Counted from the whole stretch's first letter, positions 26,500 through 37,830 are shown. The stretch: 63,939 nucleotides of DNA, filler included, from Chiloscyllium plagiosum (GCF_004010195.1; 6 parts of one record of this genome joined end to end with filler, not necessarily neighbours in it), one strand, 5' to 3'. Made by a program: numbers and translations. Notes: generated by a model from the letters alone, not told the origin.

Positions 26500-27100
26500 G
26501 GTTTGGAGGAGGAGACAAGTCTGTGTCCCTTGTGATGTGATAGGTTTGTTGGATCCAATGGTGGGTGAGCATGTAGAGCTGGGAAAATTGTGCTATAATT
26601 GTAGATCTAGTAGGAAAACCTGGATGCCCTCCGTCATAATAGTTGGTCAGATACAACTTCTCCACAATGTTTGGCTGCAAAAATAAAACAATTGCTCGTG
26701 CCTTTGAAGAAATAGTGTTGAAATTCCCACCTCCAAAAATCAATAATCACATTGTCACTGGCAGACTCTCTGGTAGGAACTCAATGTCAATAAGTTAATA
26801 AGTAACAAAATCAGAAGGTGCATCAGCAACAATTATGTGCAACTCAGAGAATCTCATGTCCACTATACACTGATCCCACTGTTGGAATACAACCAGTACA
26901 AAACAAACCCCTCTGACTCCAGTTCCCAAAATATCTGTATCTGCGTTCCTAGAAATGTTTGATGGTTGCCATTAATTTACTTTCAAGAGCCTTCCCCAGT
27001 AATGTAAATCAAATAACTGCTAAAATCTTTCAAATCATGCACAACACAATTCGCATCTTTGTTATTTACCAAGAAGGCCGAGCATTAAAATTGCAGATGA
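26500..27100 (-). mobile_element. Possible very old LINE endonuclease relic
   Basis: Order of CNFNAR, IYITGE and IFGGGNFN resembles the APE motifs N-RS, I-ITET and IIGGDFN; highly decayed. Confidence 0.35.
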
Positions 27101-27885
27101 AATGTTTCCCCTTTGTCACTAATGTTAAATGCACAGTCAGTTCTTCCGTAGACAGCTGCTCCAGCAATGTCCCTGGGGTTTCACATGTCATAGTCTGGGT
27201 GGAAGATTGGTGGGAAGCCCCATAACATACTTGAGTAGAGTTTCTGCTAACCTTTGCCAAAGTTTAGACAGCCAATCAAAAGATTGTCTGAAGACATTCC
27301 TGGCACTTTACATTGAAAAATAAATGCTGTGGTTGAAAATGCACAGCTCCTCATTTATTCACAAGTTTAACACATAACAAAAGAGTAAACACAAATATCC
27401 AGGCCAAGAAAACATCTGGCCAATGCAATAATTGTTATTACATCAAAGATCAAAACTATGTTGACCTTGCTACTGTATAAAGTTATTTAATTCAGTAAAT
27501 ATCATCATTAAATTAAACAATTTCCTTCAGACTAATTCCCTACTGAACAATAATATAGTTAACAACATTTTATTGCTTGTACCATATATAGTTTAAAAGT
27601 TAAATTTTTATGCCAAAGTCAATTTATTGAATTTTGGGTAATGTTTTCAATGTTTGATGTGTGTAACTGGTTACAGCCCAAGCGAAATCCAAAAGAGACT
27701 ATCACAATGGAATGAAGTGAAAAACAACAACACTAAAGAATTCATACAAATCATTTTATACTATAGATGCTGAAAATCTGAAGCAGTCATTAGATCAGGC
27801 AGTATTTGTAGAGATGGAGAAAGAGTCAACATTTTAGATTGATGATCAGAATCAGAGAATGTTAGAGAAGTAATATGTTTTATTT

Positions 27886-28096
27886 AGTTGAAGAATGTGG
27901 TGCTGGAAAAGCACAACCGGTCAGGCAGCATCCAAGGAGCAGAAGAGTCGGCCTTTCGAGCATAAGCTCTTCATCAGGAACTTATGCTCGAAACGTCGAT
28001 TCGCCTGCTTCTCGGATGCTGCCTGACTGGCTGTGCTTTTCCAGCACCACATTCTTCAACTCTGATCTCCAGCATCTGCAGCGCTCACTTTCCCCC
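27886..28096. mobile_element. Fold-back (palindromic) PLE terminal-repeat insertion
   Basis: 27886-27966 pairs with 27981-28061; the tail extension is on the right arm only. Confidence 0.85.
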
Positions 28097-28699
28097 ATGT
28101 TTTAGCTATTACTAAGCCAGGTAAAGTAGGTGGTGAATTTTAACAAAGAAATATTGGTTGGAAGGCAGGAATGATTAAATGACAAAAAATGGATGATGGT
28201 CCAAGTCAAAAAGAGATGGCAATGTGACAAGTAACAAAATATGAGCCTAGAAAAGCCACATATGAGCAGAATATAATCAATACCAACAATATTGTCTTTA
28301 AAAAGTAGGAAGAGTGCTTATGTTTTAAAATTGTTGGATTTGGTATTGCGTCTGGAAGGCTGTAAAGTGCCTATCTGACAGATAGCATTCTGTTTCTGAG
28401 ATTCTGTTGAGCTTCAGTAAAATAGGGGTTTAAATCTCAAGATGTCAGAGTGGGAGAAGAGTGGAGAACTGAAATGATTTTGAAAGATGGCTTACCAAAC
28501 AAATGAAGAAAAACAGAAAACAATGAAGGTCGACAACTTGTTCAAATCCCTCCATAGTCATGATCCTTGTTATAGTTAGGTGCTCCTGCCTGCCTCACTT
28601 GGGAAAGCTGTGTTTATCAATTTCTGGTCTGGTTTTGATTCTGACTTCCAGCATCATGGTTCTTTCATGTTTTTTGCTCAGAGGGGTTAGGCAGTGTTT

Positions 28700-28985
28700 T
28701 AAAAATTCATTCACAGGATGTGGGTGTCTCTGGCTAGGCCAATATATATTGTCCAACCTTAATTGCCCAGTGGAAAGTTGAGAGTCAGCCACATTGTTTT
28801 AGATCTGGAATGACATATAGACCAGACCTGGTAAGGATGGAAGTAAAATTCCCAGAAAAGCATCACTGAACCAGGTGGGTAATTCGAACAGTAGTTTCAC
28901 GGTCATCATTACGGACTCCTAATTCCAGATTTCTTCAAATTTGACTATCTGCCATGGCAGGATTTGAACACAAGTCCCCAACTGG
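28700..28985 (-). mobile_element. tRNA-headed SINE (family of 24503)
   Basis: Homologous to 17380-17690. Confidence 0.65.
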
Positions 28986-29451
28986 AGGCAGAGTAACCAA
29001 TGATGGAGTACTTGTAAGTACTGGAATTCCCAACCCATGCTTCCCAATCCCTCTTTCCTCTTCTAAGATAGTCATAGAGTCACAGAAACAGACTCTTCAG
29101 TCAATTTGCCCATGCCAACCAGACATCTCAGTCTGACCTAGTCCCATTTGGTCCATATCCGTCTAAACCCCTCCTATTCATTGACCCATCCAGATGCATT
29201 TAAATGTTGGAATTGTACCAGCCTCCTCCACTTCCCCTGGCAGTCCATTCCATACATGCACCACCTTCTATGTGAAAAAGCTATCCCTCAGGTTCTTTTT
29301 AAAACCTTCCCTCCTCATCTTAAATCTATGTCCTCTAGTTTTAACTTTAAATCTACAGCTTTTGCACACAGACTGTAATATTTTCTCTTACAATAGTGTC
29401 AAACTCCTGTGAGCTACTTTGGGATTTTTAATTACTTTGAAGGTGCTATAT

Positions 29452-29998
29452 TACTTGGAATATTGTGTCCAGTTCTGGTCACCTGACTATAGGAAAGATG
29501 CAGAGGCTTTGGAGAGGGTGCAAAGAAGGTTTACCAGGATGTTGCCTGGACTGGAGGGCTTGCCTTATGAAGAAAGGTTGAATAAGCTCTGACTTTTCTC
29601 TCTCTCGAGAGAAGGAGGAAGAGAGGAGACCTGATGGAGGTATACAAGATAATTAGAGGAATAGATAGAGTCAATAGCCAGAGACTTTTCCCCAGGGCAG
29701 GAATGACTGGTACGAGGGGCCATAGTTTTAAGATATTACGAGAAAGGTATAGAGGAGACTTCAGAGGTGGGTTCTTTACGTAAAGAGTTGTGAATGCATG
29801 GAATGCATTGCCAGCGGTGGTGGTGGAAGCAGAGTCATTGGGGACATTTAACCGACTGCTGGACATGCACATGGAGAGCAGTGAGTTGAGGGGTGCGTAG
29901 GTTAAGTTATTATATTTTACATTAGGATTAAACCTCGGCACAACATTGTGGGCCTAAGAGCCTGTTCTGTGCTGTACGTTTCTATGTTCTATGTTCTA
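29452..29998 (+). mobile_element. CR1 LINE 3' fragment
   Basis: LEYCVQFWSP and RGDLMEVYKII motifs; (TTCTATG)n tail. An opposite-strand CR1 tail lies at about 29070-29340. Confidence 0.9.
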
Positions 29999-30251
29999 TA
30001 TAAATGCAAGTTGTTCATGTAAAGGAAAGAAATTGAAATCCAACGGGAGAACAGCAGAATCTCCTGAAGGTGAGCAAGCTGAGAGCAGAGGTAGCAGTGA
30101 GTAAATACTGCACTAGCTTCTGATGAATGCTGAGTATGATTTCTGTGCACCTGAATCTTTTCACATTGATCAGAGTCAAAACAGCCAATTTTGTTATGAG
30201 CTATAGGATCATAGAGACACCTGTCAAAAACAACCACTTTAGTATTCTAAT

Positions 30252-31145
30252 AGGGTGGGCAATAGCCTTGTGGTATTATTGCTAGAATATTAATGCGAAA
30301 ACACATTCATTGTGCCATGGATCTCCAATTTAATCCCACCTATAAATTCAATGTTTTTAAAATTTGGAATTAGGAATCTGATGACCATGAAAATACTGCT
30401 GATTGTCAGGGAAAAAAACCTCACCTGGCTCACTAGTGTCCTCCAGAGAAGGAAATTGCCATCCTCATCTAGTCCAGCCTACATGTGACTCCAGACCCAC
30501 AGCAATCTGGTTGACTCTCAATTACCCTCTGAAGTGGTCCGGTAGGCCACTCAGTTGTATCAATTGCAATGAAAACTCAACAAAGAAATGAAATTGGACG
30601 TATCAACTGGCTTTGACCTTGGCATCAAAAATGACAAGGGCAGAGACAGTCCTGTTGACTCTGCAACATCCTCCTCACTAACATCTGGGGACTAGTGCCA
30701 AAATTGGGAGAGCTGTTTCACAGACTAGTCAAGCAACAGCCTGACATTGTCACACTCATGGAGTTATACTTTACAGACAATGTCCCAGAGATCACTATCA
30801 CAATCTTTGGATATGTCCTGTCCCACTGGCAGGACAAACTCAGCAGAGGTGGTGTCAGTCAGGAGGGAGTTGCCCTAGGTGTGATCAACTTTGAATTTGG
30901 ACCCCATAAAATCCCATAGTTTCAGATTAAACATAGGTAAGGAAACCTCCTGTTGGTTACCACACACCGTCCTCCCTTGGTTAATGAGTCGGTACTCCTC
31001 CATGTTGAACAACATTTAACTGAAGCACTGAGGATGGCAAGGGCACAAAATGTACTCTCGGTAGAGATTTCAATGTCCACCAAGAGTGGCTGGGCAGCAG
31101 CACTACCGATTGAATCGGTCGGGTCTTAAAGAATATAGTTGCTCG
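30252..31145 (+). mobile_element. Non-LTR retrotransposon 5' end: tRNA-like head and UTR followed directly by APE endonuclease
   Basis: TNIWGLVPKLGELFHRLVKQQPDIVTLME..GYVLSHWQD..RGG..HRPP..VDFNVH follows the SINE-like head with no ORF1 in between. Confidence 0.8.
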
Positions 31146-32780
31146 TGATTGACTGACTTTGAAATATACGAATGAAGCTGCACAGGCTAGAGGTTCTTAG
31201 TGCCGAACCATGTATGTGCCTTACCCCATAAGTTCGGAGCTTCCCCATTTTCTTACTCAATGTCTTCATTGAAGTCTTCATCTTCAATTATTAACACTGG
31301 AGCTCAGGCTCTATACTTTAGCAATCCAGATAATCATGATGAACTGCCCTCGTTCAAGACAATGGCGGTGATGACTGGCAATGACCTCCCACTTCCCACA
31401 TCTCACAATAATCCATAGTCCTTCACTGCACTATTGTCTCCCACTCTTATACAGTGAGTGTCCCCTGTCATTTCAGCTTTAGGCAAGCGGAAATGTAGCA
31501 GAGTCATCAACCTTGGTTGCAGATGATAGTTCTTCTCTCACAGTAACCATCTTGCATGACATCTGGTCCTTGAAATTACTCAGAAACCTCAAGGATGTAG
31601 GTGTTGTGGCTTTTGACCCAGCACCTTGCATCTCAGCTTGCTGCCTTCAATCTCTACAACTGGTTTCCCCAACTTCTCTCGAACAGCAGTGGACCCTGAT
31701 AACCTGCCTTGACTTTCCATGAATGAATGGCTACTGTGGCCTAATCCTTGACAAAATTGAAATACAGCCCTGGATAATGAGTGACCAGGCCCTGACTAAT
31801 CTCTAGATGGCTTCCTGACTGCCTTACCATTAATCCCTGATTGGCCACACTAGACTTGCAAGACCAACCTTGCTGGATAGTAATGATGTGGAAGCCCTGA
31901 TTCTTACCACCCCAACTGGCTGGCTGATCAGGTCTAAGCCCCTGGCCTGAGATCAAAGACTGCCCTTCACTGGTTGTGACAGGAACTCCTGTCTTGGTTT
32001 TCCTTGACTTGACTGAGCACTACTCCTCTTAGACTTTGAGATAGGGCCATTTGGTGGAGGCACTTGCAGTATGTTTGGCATGCATGCTGCTAGTGCATGC
32101 TGAAGGTGTGACATTGTTATTGCATTAAACTATACAACAACATGTCCACTCTTTGCTCAATTCCTGCTGATAATTGTGGCAAACTGCCTGGCTTTGTGTT
32201 TGCGCCGAAAGGTAAGACACAATAGACGTATGAGCCTGTATGTTCTGAATAAAGTAGCAAAGCCTAAAAAGGCAAGGCAGGGCAGAGATGCTGCGAACAT
32301 CGAAGAAGACACAAAGTGACTGTGTGCTAAGAAAGCAAAAGCCCTGGGAGGGATCCCTGCTATAATGCATGAGATAGGTTCTAATCCATGTGTGCAAAGC
32401 AGCCTACAGTAATAATGTGATGAAAGGTGTTAGTGTGCTCCCAAGTGCAGCTTTGAAGTGGAGAACTGTATGGTAAATGAGTCAGAGATGTGCCATGATG
32501 ATTTTAGTAAGGTTGGTACATGTCCAATGACAACGTCCATGTACGGAATGTGCCCTGAAATGTTGGAGACTGCTGTGGTGAAAGGGTTAAAATTGTGTCC
32601 CAATACATGTGTGAATCTAACCGAAAATGGAAGGTGTCGCTTAGTCCCGTGTGAATCTTGTTATACACCTTCCCGTGTGAATAACCAGAATGGAATGTGT
32701 TTTTTAGCCTTGCTCTGCTGTTCACATGAATGTTTATATCTGGAAAAGAGTATATCAGCTGGAAAAGTCTCCAGTCCGGT

Positions 32781-34796
32781 GAGTCTGCTCCGGGGTTACG
32801 TTTAACCGCCGAGCGTGGGTTGTTGGCAACCGCTCTACGAGAACTGACGGCTCCCAGTTCCAGTAACATGTAGAGTGAGTATAAGCCAGACCCGGGAGTC
32901 TGCTCCGGGGTTACGTTTAACCGCCGAGCGTGGGTTGTTCGCAACCGCTCTACGAGAACTGACGGCTCCCAGTTCCGGTAACACGTAGAGTGAGTATAAA
33001 CCAGACCCGGGAGTCTGCTCCGGGGTTACGTTTAACCGCCGAGCGTGGGTTGTTGGCAACCGCTCTACGAGAACTGACGGCTCCCAGTTCCGGAAACATG
33101 TAGAGTGAGTATAAGCCAGACCCGGGAGTCTGCTCCGGGGTTACGTTTAACCGCCGAGCGTGGGTTGTTGGCAACCGCTCTACGAGAACTGACGGCTCCC
33201 AGTTCCGGAAACATGTAGAGTGAGTATAAGCCAGACCCGGGAGTCTGCTCCGGGGTTACGTTTAACCGCCGAGCGTGGGTTGTTGGCAACCGCTCTACGA
33301 GAACTGACGGCTCCCAGTTCCGGAAACATGTAGAGTGAGTATAAGCCAGACCCGGGAGTCTGCTCCGGGGTTACGTTTAACCGCCGAGCGTGGGTTGTTG
33401 GCAACCGCTCTACGAGAACTGACGGCTCCCAGTTCCGGAAACATGTAGAGTGAGTATAAGCCAGACCCGGGAGTCTGCTCCGGGGTTACGTTTAACCGCC
33501 GAGCGTGGGTTGTTGGCAACCGCTCTACGAGAACTGACGGCTCCCAGTTCCGGTAACATGTAGAGTGAGTATAAGCCAGACCCGGGAGTCTGCTCCGGGG
33601 TTGCGTTTAACCGCCGAGCGTGGGTTGTTGGCAACCACTCTACGAGAACTGACGGCTCCCAGTTCCGGTAACATGTAGAGTGAGTATAAGCCAGACCCGG
33701 GAGTCTGCTCCGGGGTTGCGTTTAACCGCCGAGCGTGGGTTGTTGGCAACCACTCTACGAGAACTGACGGCTCCCAGTTCCGGTAACATGTAGAGTGAGT
33801 ATAAGCCAGACCCGGGAGTCTGCTCCGGGGTTACGTTTAACCGCCGAGCGTGGGTTGTTGGCAACCACTCTACGAGAACTGACGGCTCCCAGTTCCGGTA
33901 ACATGTAGAGTGAGTATAAGCCAGACCCGGGAGTCTGCTCCGGGGTTACGTTTAACCGCCGAGCGTGGGTTGTTGGCAACCACTCTACGAGAACTGACGG
34001 CTCCCAGTTCCGGTAACATGTAGAGTGAGTATAAGCCAGACCCGGGAGTCTGCTCCGGGGTTACGTTTAACCGCCGAGCGTGGGTTGTTGGCAACCACTC
34101 TACGAGAACTGACGGCTCCCAGTTCCGGTAACATGTAGAGTGAGTATAAGCCAGACCCGGGAGTCTGCTCCGGGGTTACGTTTAACCGCCGAGCGTGGGT
34201 TGTTGGCAACCACTCTACGAGAACTGACGGCTCCCAGTTCCGGGAACATGTAGAGTGAGTATAAGCCAGACCCGGGAGTCTGCTCCGGGGTTACGTTTAA
34301 CCGCCGAGCGTGGGTTGTTGGCAACCACTCTACGAGAACTGACGGCTCCCAGTTCCGGGAACATGTAGAGTGAGTATAAGCCAGACCCGGGAGTCTGCTC
34401 CGGGGTTACGTTTAACCGCCGAGCGTGGGTTGTTGGCAACCGCTCTACGAGAACTGACGGCTCCCAGTTCCGGTAACATGTAGAGTGAGTATAAGCCAGA
34501 CCCGGGAGTCTGCTCCGGGGTTACGTTTAACCGCCGAGCGTGGGTTGTTGGCAACCACTCTACGAGAACTGACGGCTCCCAGTTCCGGTAACATGTAGAG
34601 TGAGTATAAGCCAGACCCGGGAGTCTGCTCCGGGGTTACGTTTAACCGCCGAGCGTGGGTTGTTGGCAACCACTCTACGAGAACTGACGGCTCCCAGTTC
34701 CGGTAACATGTAGAGTGAGTATAAGCCAGACCCGGGAGTCTGCTCCGGGGTTACGTTTAACCGCCGAGCGTGGGTTGTTGGCAACCACTCTACGAG
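32781..34796. repeat. 115-bp CpG-rich tandem array, at least 17.5 units, running into a gap
   Basis: Unit GAGTCTGCTCCGGGGTTACGTTTAACCGCCGAGCGTGGGTTGTTGGCAACC(G/A)CTCTACGAGAACTGACGGCTCCCAGTTCCGG(T/A/G)AACATGTAGAGTGAGTATAAGCCAGACCCGG. Exact period 115 (starts at 32781, 32896 ... 34736); no indels seen. Confidence 0.98.
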
Positions 34797-34896
34797 NNNN
34801 NNNNNNNNNNNNNNNNNNNNNNNNNNNNNNNNNNNNNNNNTTAATTAATTAANNNNNNNNNNNNNNNNNNNNNNNNNNNNNNNNNNNNNNNNNNNN
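34797..34896. other. Assembly gap with artificial linker
   Basis: N44-TTAATTAATTAA-N44. Confidence 0.97.
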
Positions 34897-35228
34897 TGAC
34901 TGTAGAGAGGTTAGGTACCGGCGCATTGCTGCAAACGTGGAGCAGAGGATCTTGAAGGAGAATTGTTGCTGGTGTTTTTGAATCTGTAGTCTGTCCTGTT
35001 TGTCCTTTTCGGGTCTGAACTCTGCTGGTTTAAAGGTGGTCCGGAGTCCGTGTGGGATGAGTTGGTTACGGAGGCAGGCACTGAGGAAGCAAATGTGGCT
35101 GTGGTAGCGAGTTTGTTTCACGACATGGTTGAAGAGCTTCACGGCAGAGGAAATGACCTGGGAGTTGCAGTGGGAGAGGGAATTCCTGAGATTCTTGTAG
35201 AGAGAGGAGGAAAACTTCTTCAAGGCAC
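34897..35228 (-). mobile_element. Penelope-like element, N-terminal ORF region
   Basis: Open frame KLFNHVVKQTRYHSHICFLSACLRNQLIPHGL, resembling the conserved H-FL--C---LIP-GL N-terminus of Penelope ORFs; cut by the gap. Confidence 0.75.
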
Positions 35229-35923
35229 ATTGCATGCAATTCTGGTCTCCTTCCTATCGGAAAGATGTTGTGAAACTTGAAGGAGTTCAGAAAAGATTTA
35301 CAGGGATGTTGCCAGGGTTGGAGGATCTGAGCTATAGGGAGATGCTTTCCCTGGAGCATCGGAGGTTGAGGGAGGTGACCTTATAAAAGTTTACAAAATT
35401 ATGAGGGGCATGGATAGGGTAAATAGGCAAATAGGTCAATAGGGAGTCCATAACTAGAGGGCATGGGTTTAGCGTGAGAGGGGAAAGATATAAAAGAGAC
35501 ACAGAGGGTGGTACGGTTGTGGAATCAGCTGCCAGAGGAAGTGGTGCAGGCTGGTACAATTGCAACATTTAAGAGGCATTTGGATGGGTATATGAATAGG
35601 AAGGGTTTGGAGGGATATGGGCCGGGTGCTGGCAGGTGGGTCTAGATTAGGTTGGGATATCTGGTTGGCATGGATGGGTTAGACTGAAGGGTATGTTTCT
35701 GGATTAGTGGTGCTGGAAAAGCACAGCAGTTCAGGCAGCATCCGAGGAGCAAGAAAATCAACATTTCGGGCAAAAGCTTTTGTTGATTTTCTTGCTCCTC
35801 GGATGCTGCCTGACCTGCTGTGCTTTTCCAGCACAACTGATTCAGAATCTGGTTTCCAGCATCTGCAGTCATTGTTTTTACCCCAAAGGGTCTGTTTCCA
35901 TGCTGTACATCTCTATGACTCTA
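35229..35923 (+). mobile_element. CR1/HER1 LINE 3' fragment with a nested fold-back PLE piece (about 35700-35885)
   Basis: Close to 3004-3550. The nested palindrome is flanked by the duplicated AAGGGT(A/C)TGTTTC. Confidence 0.88.
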
Positions 35924-36212
35924 AGTACAGGATAAACGATTTTACTTTATTCATTTAAATCTAAACTGTTAAAAAAAAAAGTAGTTTTTGATGTTAACCC
36001 TCATCAGGTTTCAACTCCTGGTGCTGCACCAAAATAACACAAATCACAGTTACAAATGGCATTGTAACTGTGAACATGGTGAATTATTCCTCTTTCTCAT
36101 TTTGTAGCCCTTGACACAGTAGTTGACCATGCCACTTACCTCCAGTGTGTATCTTCCATTGTGCTGCTCAATGGGCTACACTAATTTAGTTCCAAACATA
36201 TGTAACCAATTA

Positions 36213-36516
36213 GGTTAGATTCCCTACAGTGTGAGAACAGGCCCTTCAGCCCAACAAGTCTACACCGACTCTCCAAAGAGTAACCCACCCAGACCCATTT
36301 TCCTCTGACTAATGCAGCTAACACTACAGGCAATCTCGTATGGCCAATTTACCTGACCTGCACATCTTTGGACTTTGGGAGGAAACTGGAGCACCTGAAG
36401 GGAGCCCACACAGACACGGGGAGAATGTGCGAACTCCACACAGACAGTTACCCAAGGCTGGAACCGAACCTGGGCCGATGAGATAACAGTGCTAACCACT
36501 GAACCACCGTGCTGCA
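36213..36516 (-). mobile_element. HE1-type V-SINE
   Basis: Full head, V-domain and tail on the minus strand. Confidence 0.88.
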
Positions 36517-36789
36517 CCAATTTGGGCAGATAATCTCCAACAGTAGCTACACTTTTCATTTCTAGATAATTAATTCTATAATCCCTACCAAAACAATTCT
36601 TGGCCCCTCTCCCTCCTCTATGCTACTTTATAAAAAGTAAGGAAGACTTGCATTTATATTGCACTTTCTATGACTGAGGGGCAATCCCAAAGCCTCTTAA
36701 TTTACATCCTCAGCCATTTTTGGTTGGTGGCTGAATCAGCACATTTTGGAATTACAAGTTACAAATGTTCAGGGTTTTGACGTATAGTC

Positions 36790-37830
36790 ATGAAGAATAT
36801 CAAGAGCCAACGGTTAGATTCTCTTTTGTTTGATATGGTTCATTGTCTGGCATGAATGTTGCTTGCCAATTATCAGTCCTAGCTGGATATTAACCAGGTC
36901 TTACTGCTAAAGAACACAAGATGTTCCAATGTCTGAGGAGGTGCATATGGTGCTAAACTTTGTGCACTTGCCAGAAAGCATCCCCACCTGTGACTTTATG
37001 GAACGTCATTGATGAAGTAACTGAAGATAATAGAACTTTGAATACAGACACAACTTTGATGAGCTCCTGCAATGATGTCCTGGGACTGAGATGATTCAGC
37101 TCCAACAACCAGAGTCATCTTCCTTTATAGCTTTGACTCCAACTAGCAAAGAATTTTCCCTATGATTCCCATTAAATCTTGTTTTGCTCCTTCAGGCCAC
37201 ACTCTGTCAAATCATTTTCATATTGCCTCTGGAATTCAGCTCTTCTGTCTATGAGTGGACAGCAGCAGCTGGATGGGCCTGGCCAAAGACAAACTGAGCA
37301 TCGGTGAGCAGGGTTTTATTCAGCAACTGCTGCTTGAATACGATTTTAATGAGATTGTCCTTTGAAAATAGACAGAGTGGTAATTTACCAGGATGGATTT
37401 ATCCTGCAAGGCAGACCTGAGGAATTTTTAATATTGCCAGATAGATGCCAGTGTTGTAGCTGCACTGGAGTAACGATTTCTGGAGCACAGATCTTCAGTA
37501 CCATTGTCGGAATATTTCAAGGTTCATAGCCTTTGTGGTATCCAGTGCCTGAAATTGTTTCTTGGTATCACATTGGAGTGAATTGAATTGACTGATAATT
37601 GGTGTCTATGATTCTGTAGCTCTCTGGAGGAGGTGAATCACCCACTGGGAACTTCAGGCTAAATGCTTTTGCCTTATCTTTTGCACTGACATACTGGGCT
37701 CTTCCATCGTTGAGAACTGGATAATTGCTGGGTGCACAGCTATTTCTGGAGCACAGGGTTTCACTAATATTACTGGAATGTTGTCAGGGCCCATAGTCTC
37801 TGCAGTATTCATTGTCTTTAGTCCTTGCTC
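36790..37830 (-). mobile_element. Degenerate LINE RT fragments
   Basis: Decayed MGPDNIP..LVK.CAPEIA segment (ORF 37654-37863) and downstream RT-like pieces. Confidence 0.6.

Noticed and set aside
32458..32805. Cys-rich 115-aa ORF before the array
   Set aside because: GTG start, no recognisable Cys spacing or splice context; TG-rich composition explains it.
32781..32895. Hairpin or twister ribozyme reading of the unit (AGAA, GGAAACA, GTATA, AGTC)
   Set aside because: The motifs occur in roughly the right order, but the required helices do not pair.
32835..34784. Series of near-identical 74-aa minus-strand ORFs
   Set aside because: A by-product of the 115-bp period, which is not a multiple of 3. 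The starts are TTG and there is no recognisable domain.
32781..34796. Array as CRISPR, 5S rRNA, tRNA or vault RNA cluster
   Set aside because: No unique spacers or cas genes. No Pol III A/B/C boxes or T4 terminator on either strand. The likeness to 5S or vault 5' ends is only a few bases.
36044..36073. 12-bp perfect hairpin TCACAGTTACAA/TTGTAACTGTGA
   Set aside because: Isolated and too short for a pre-miRNA; no supporting context.
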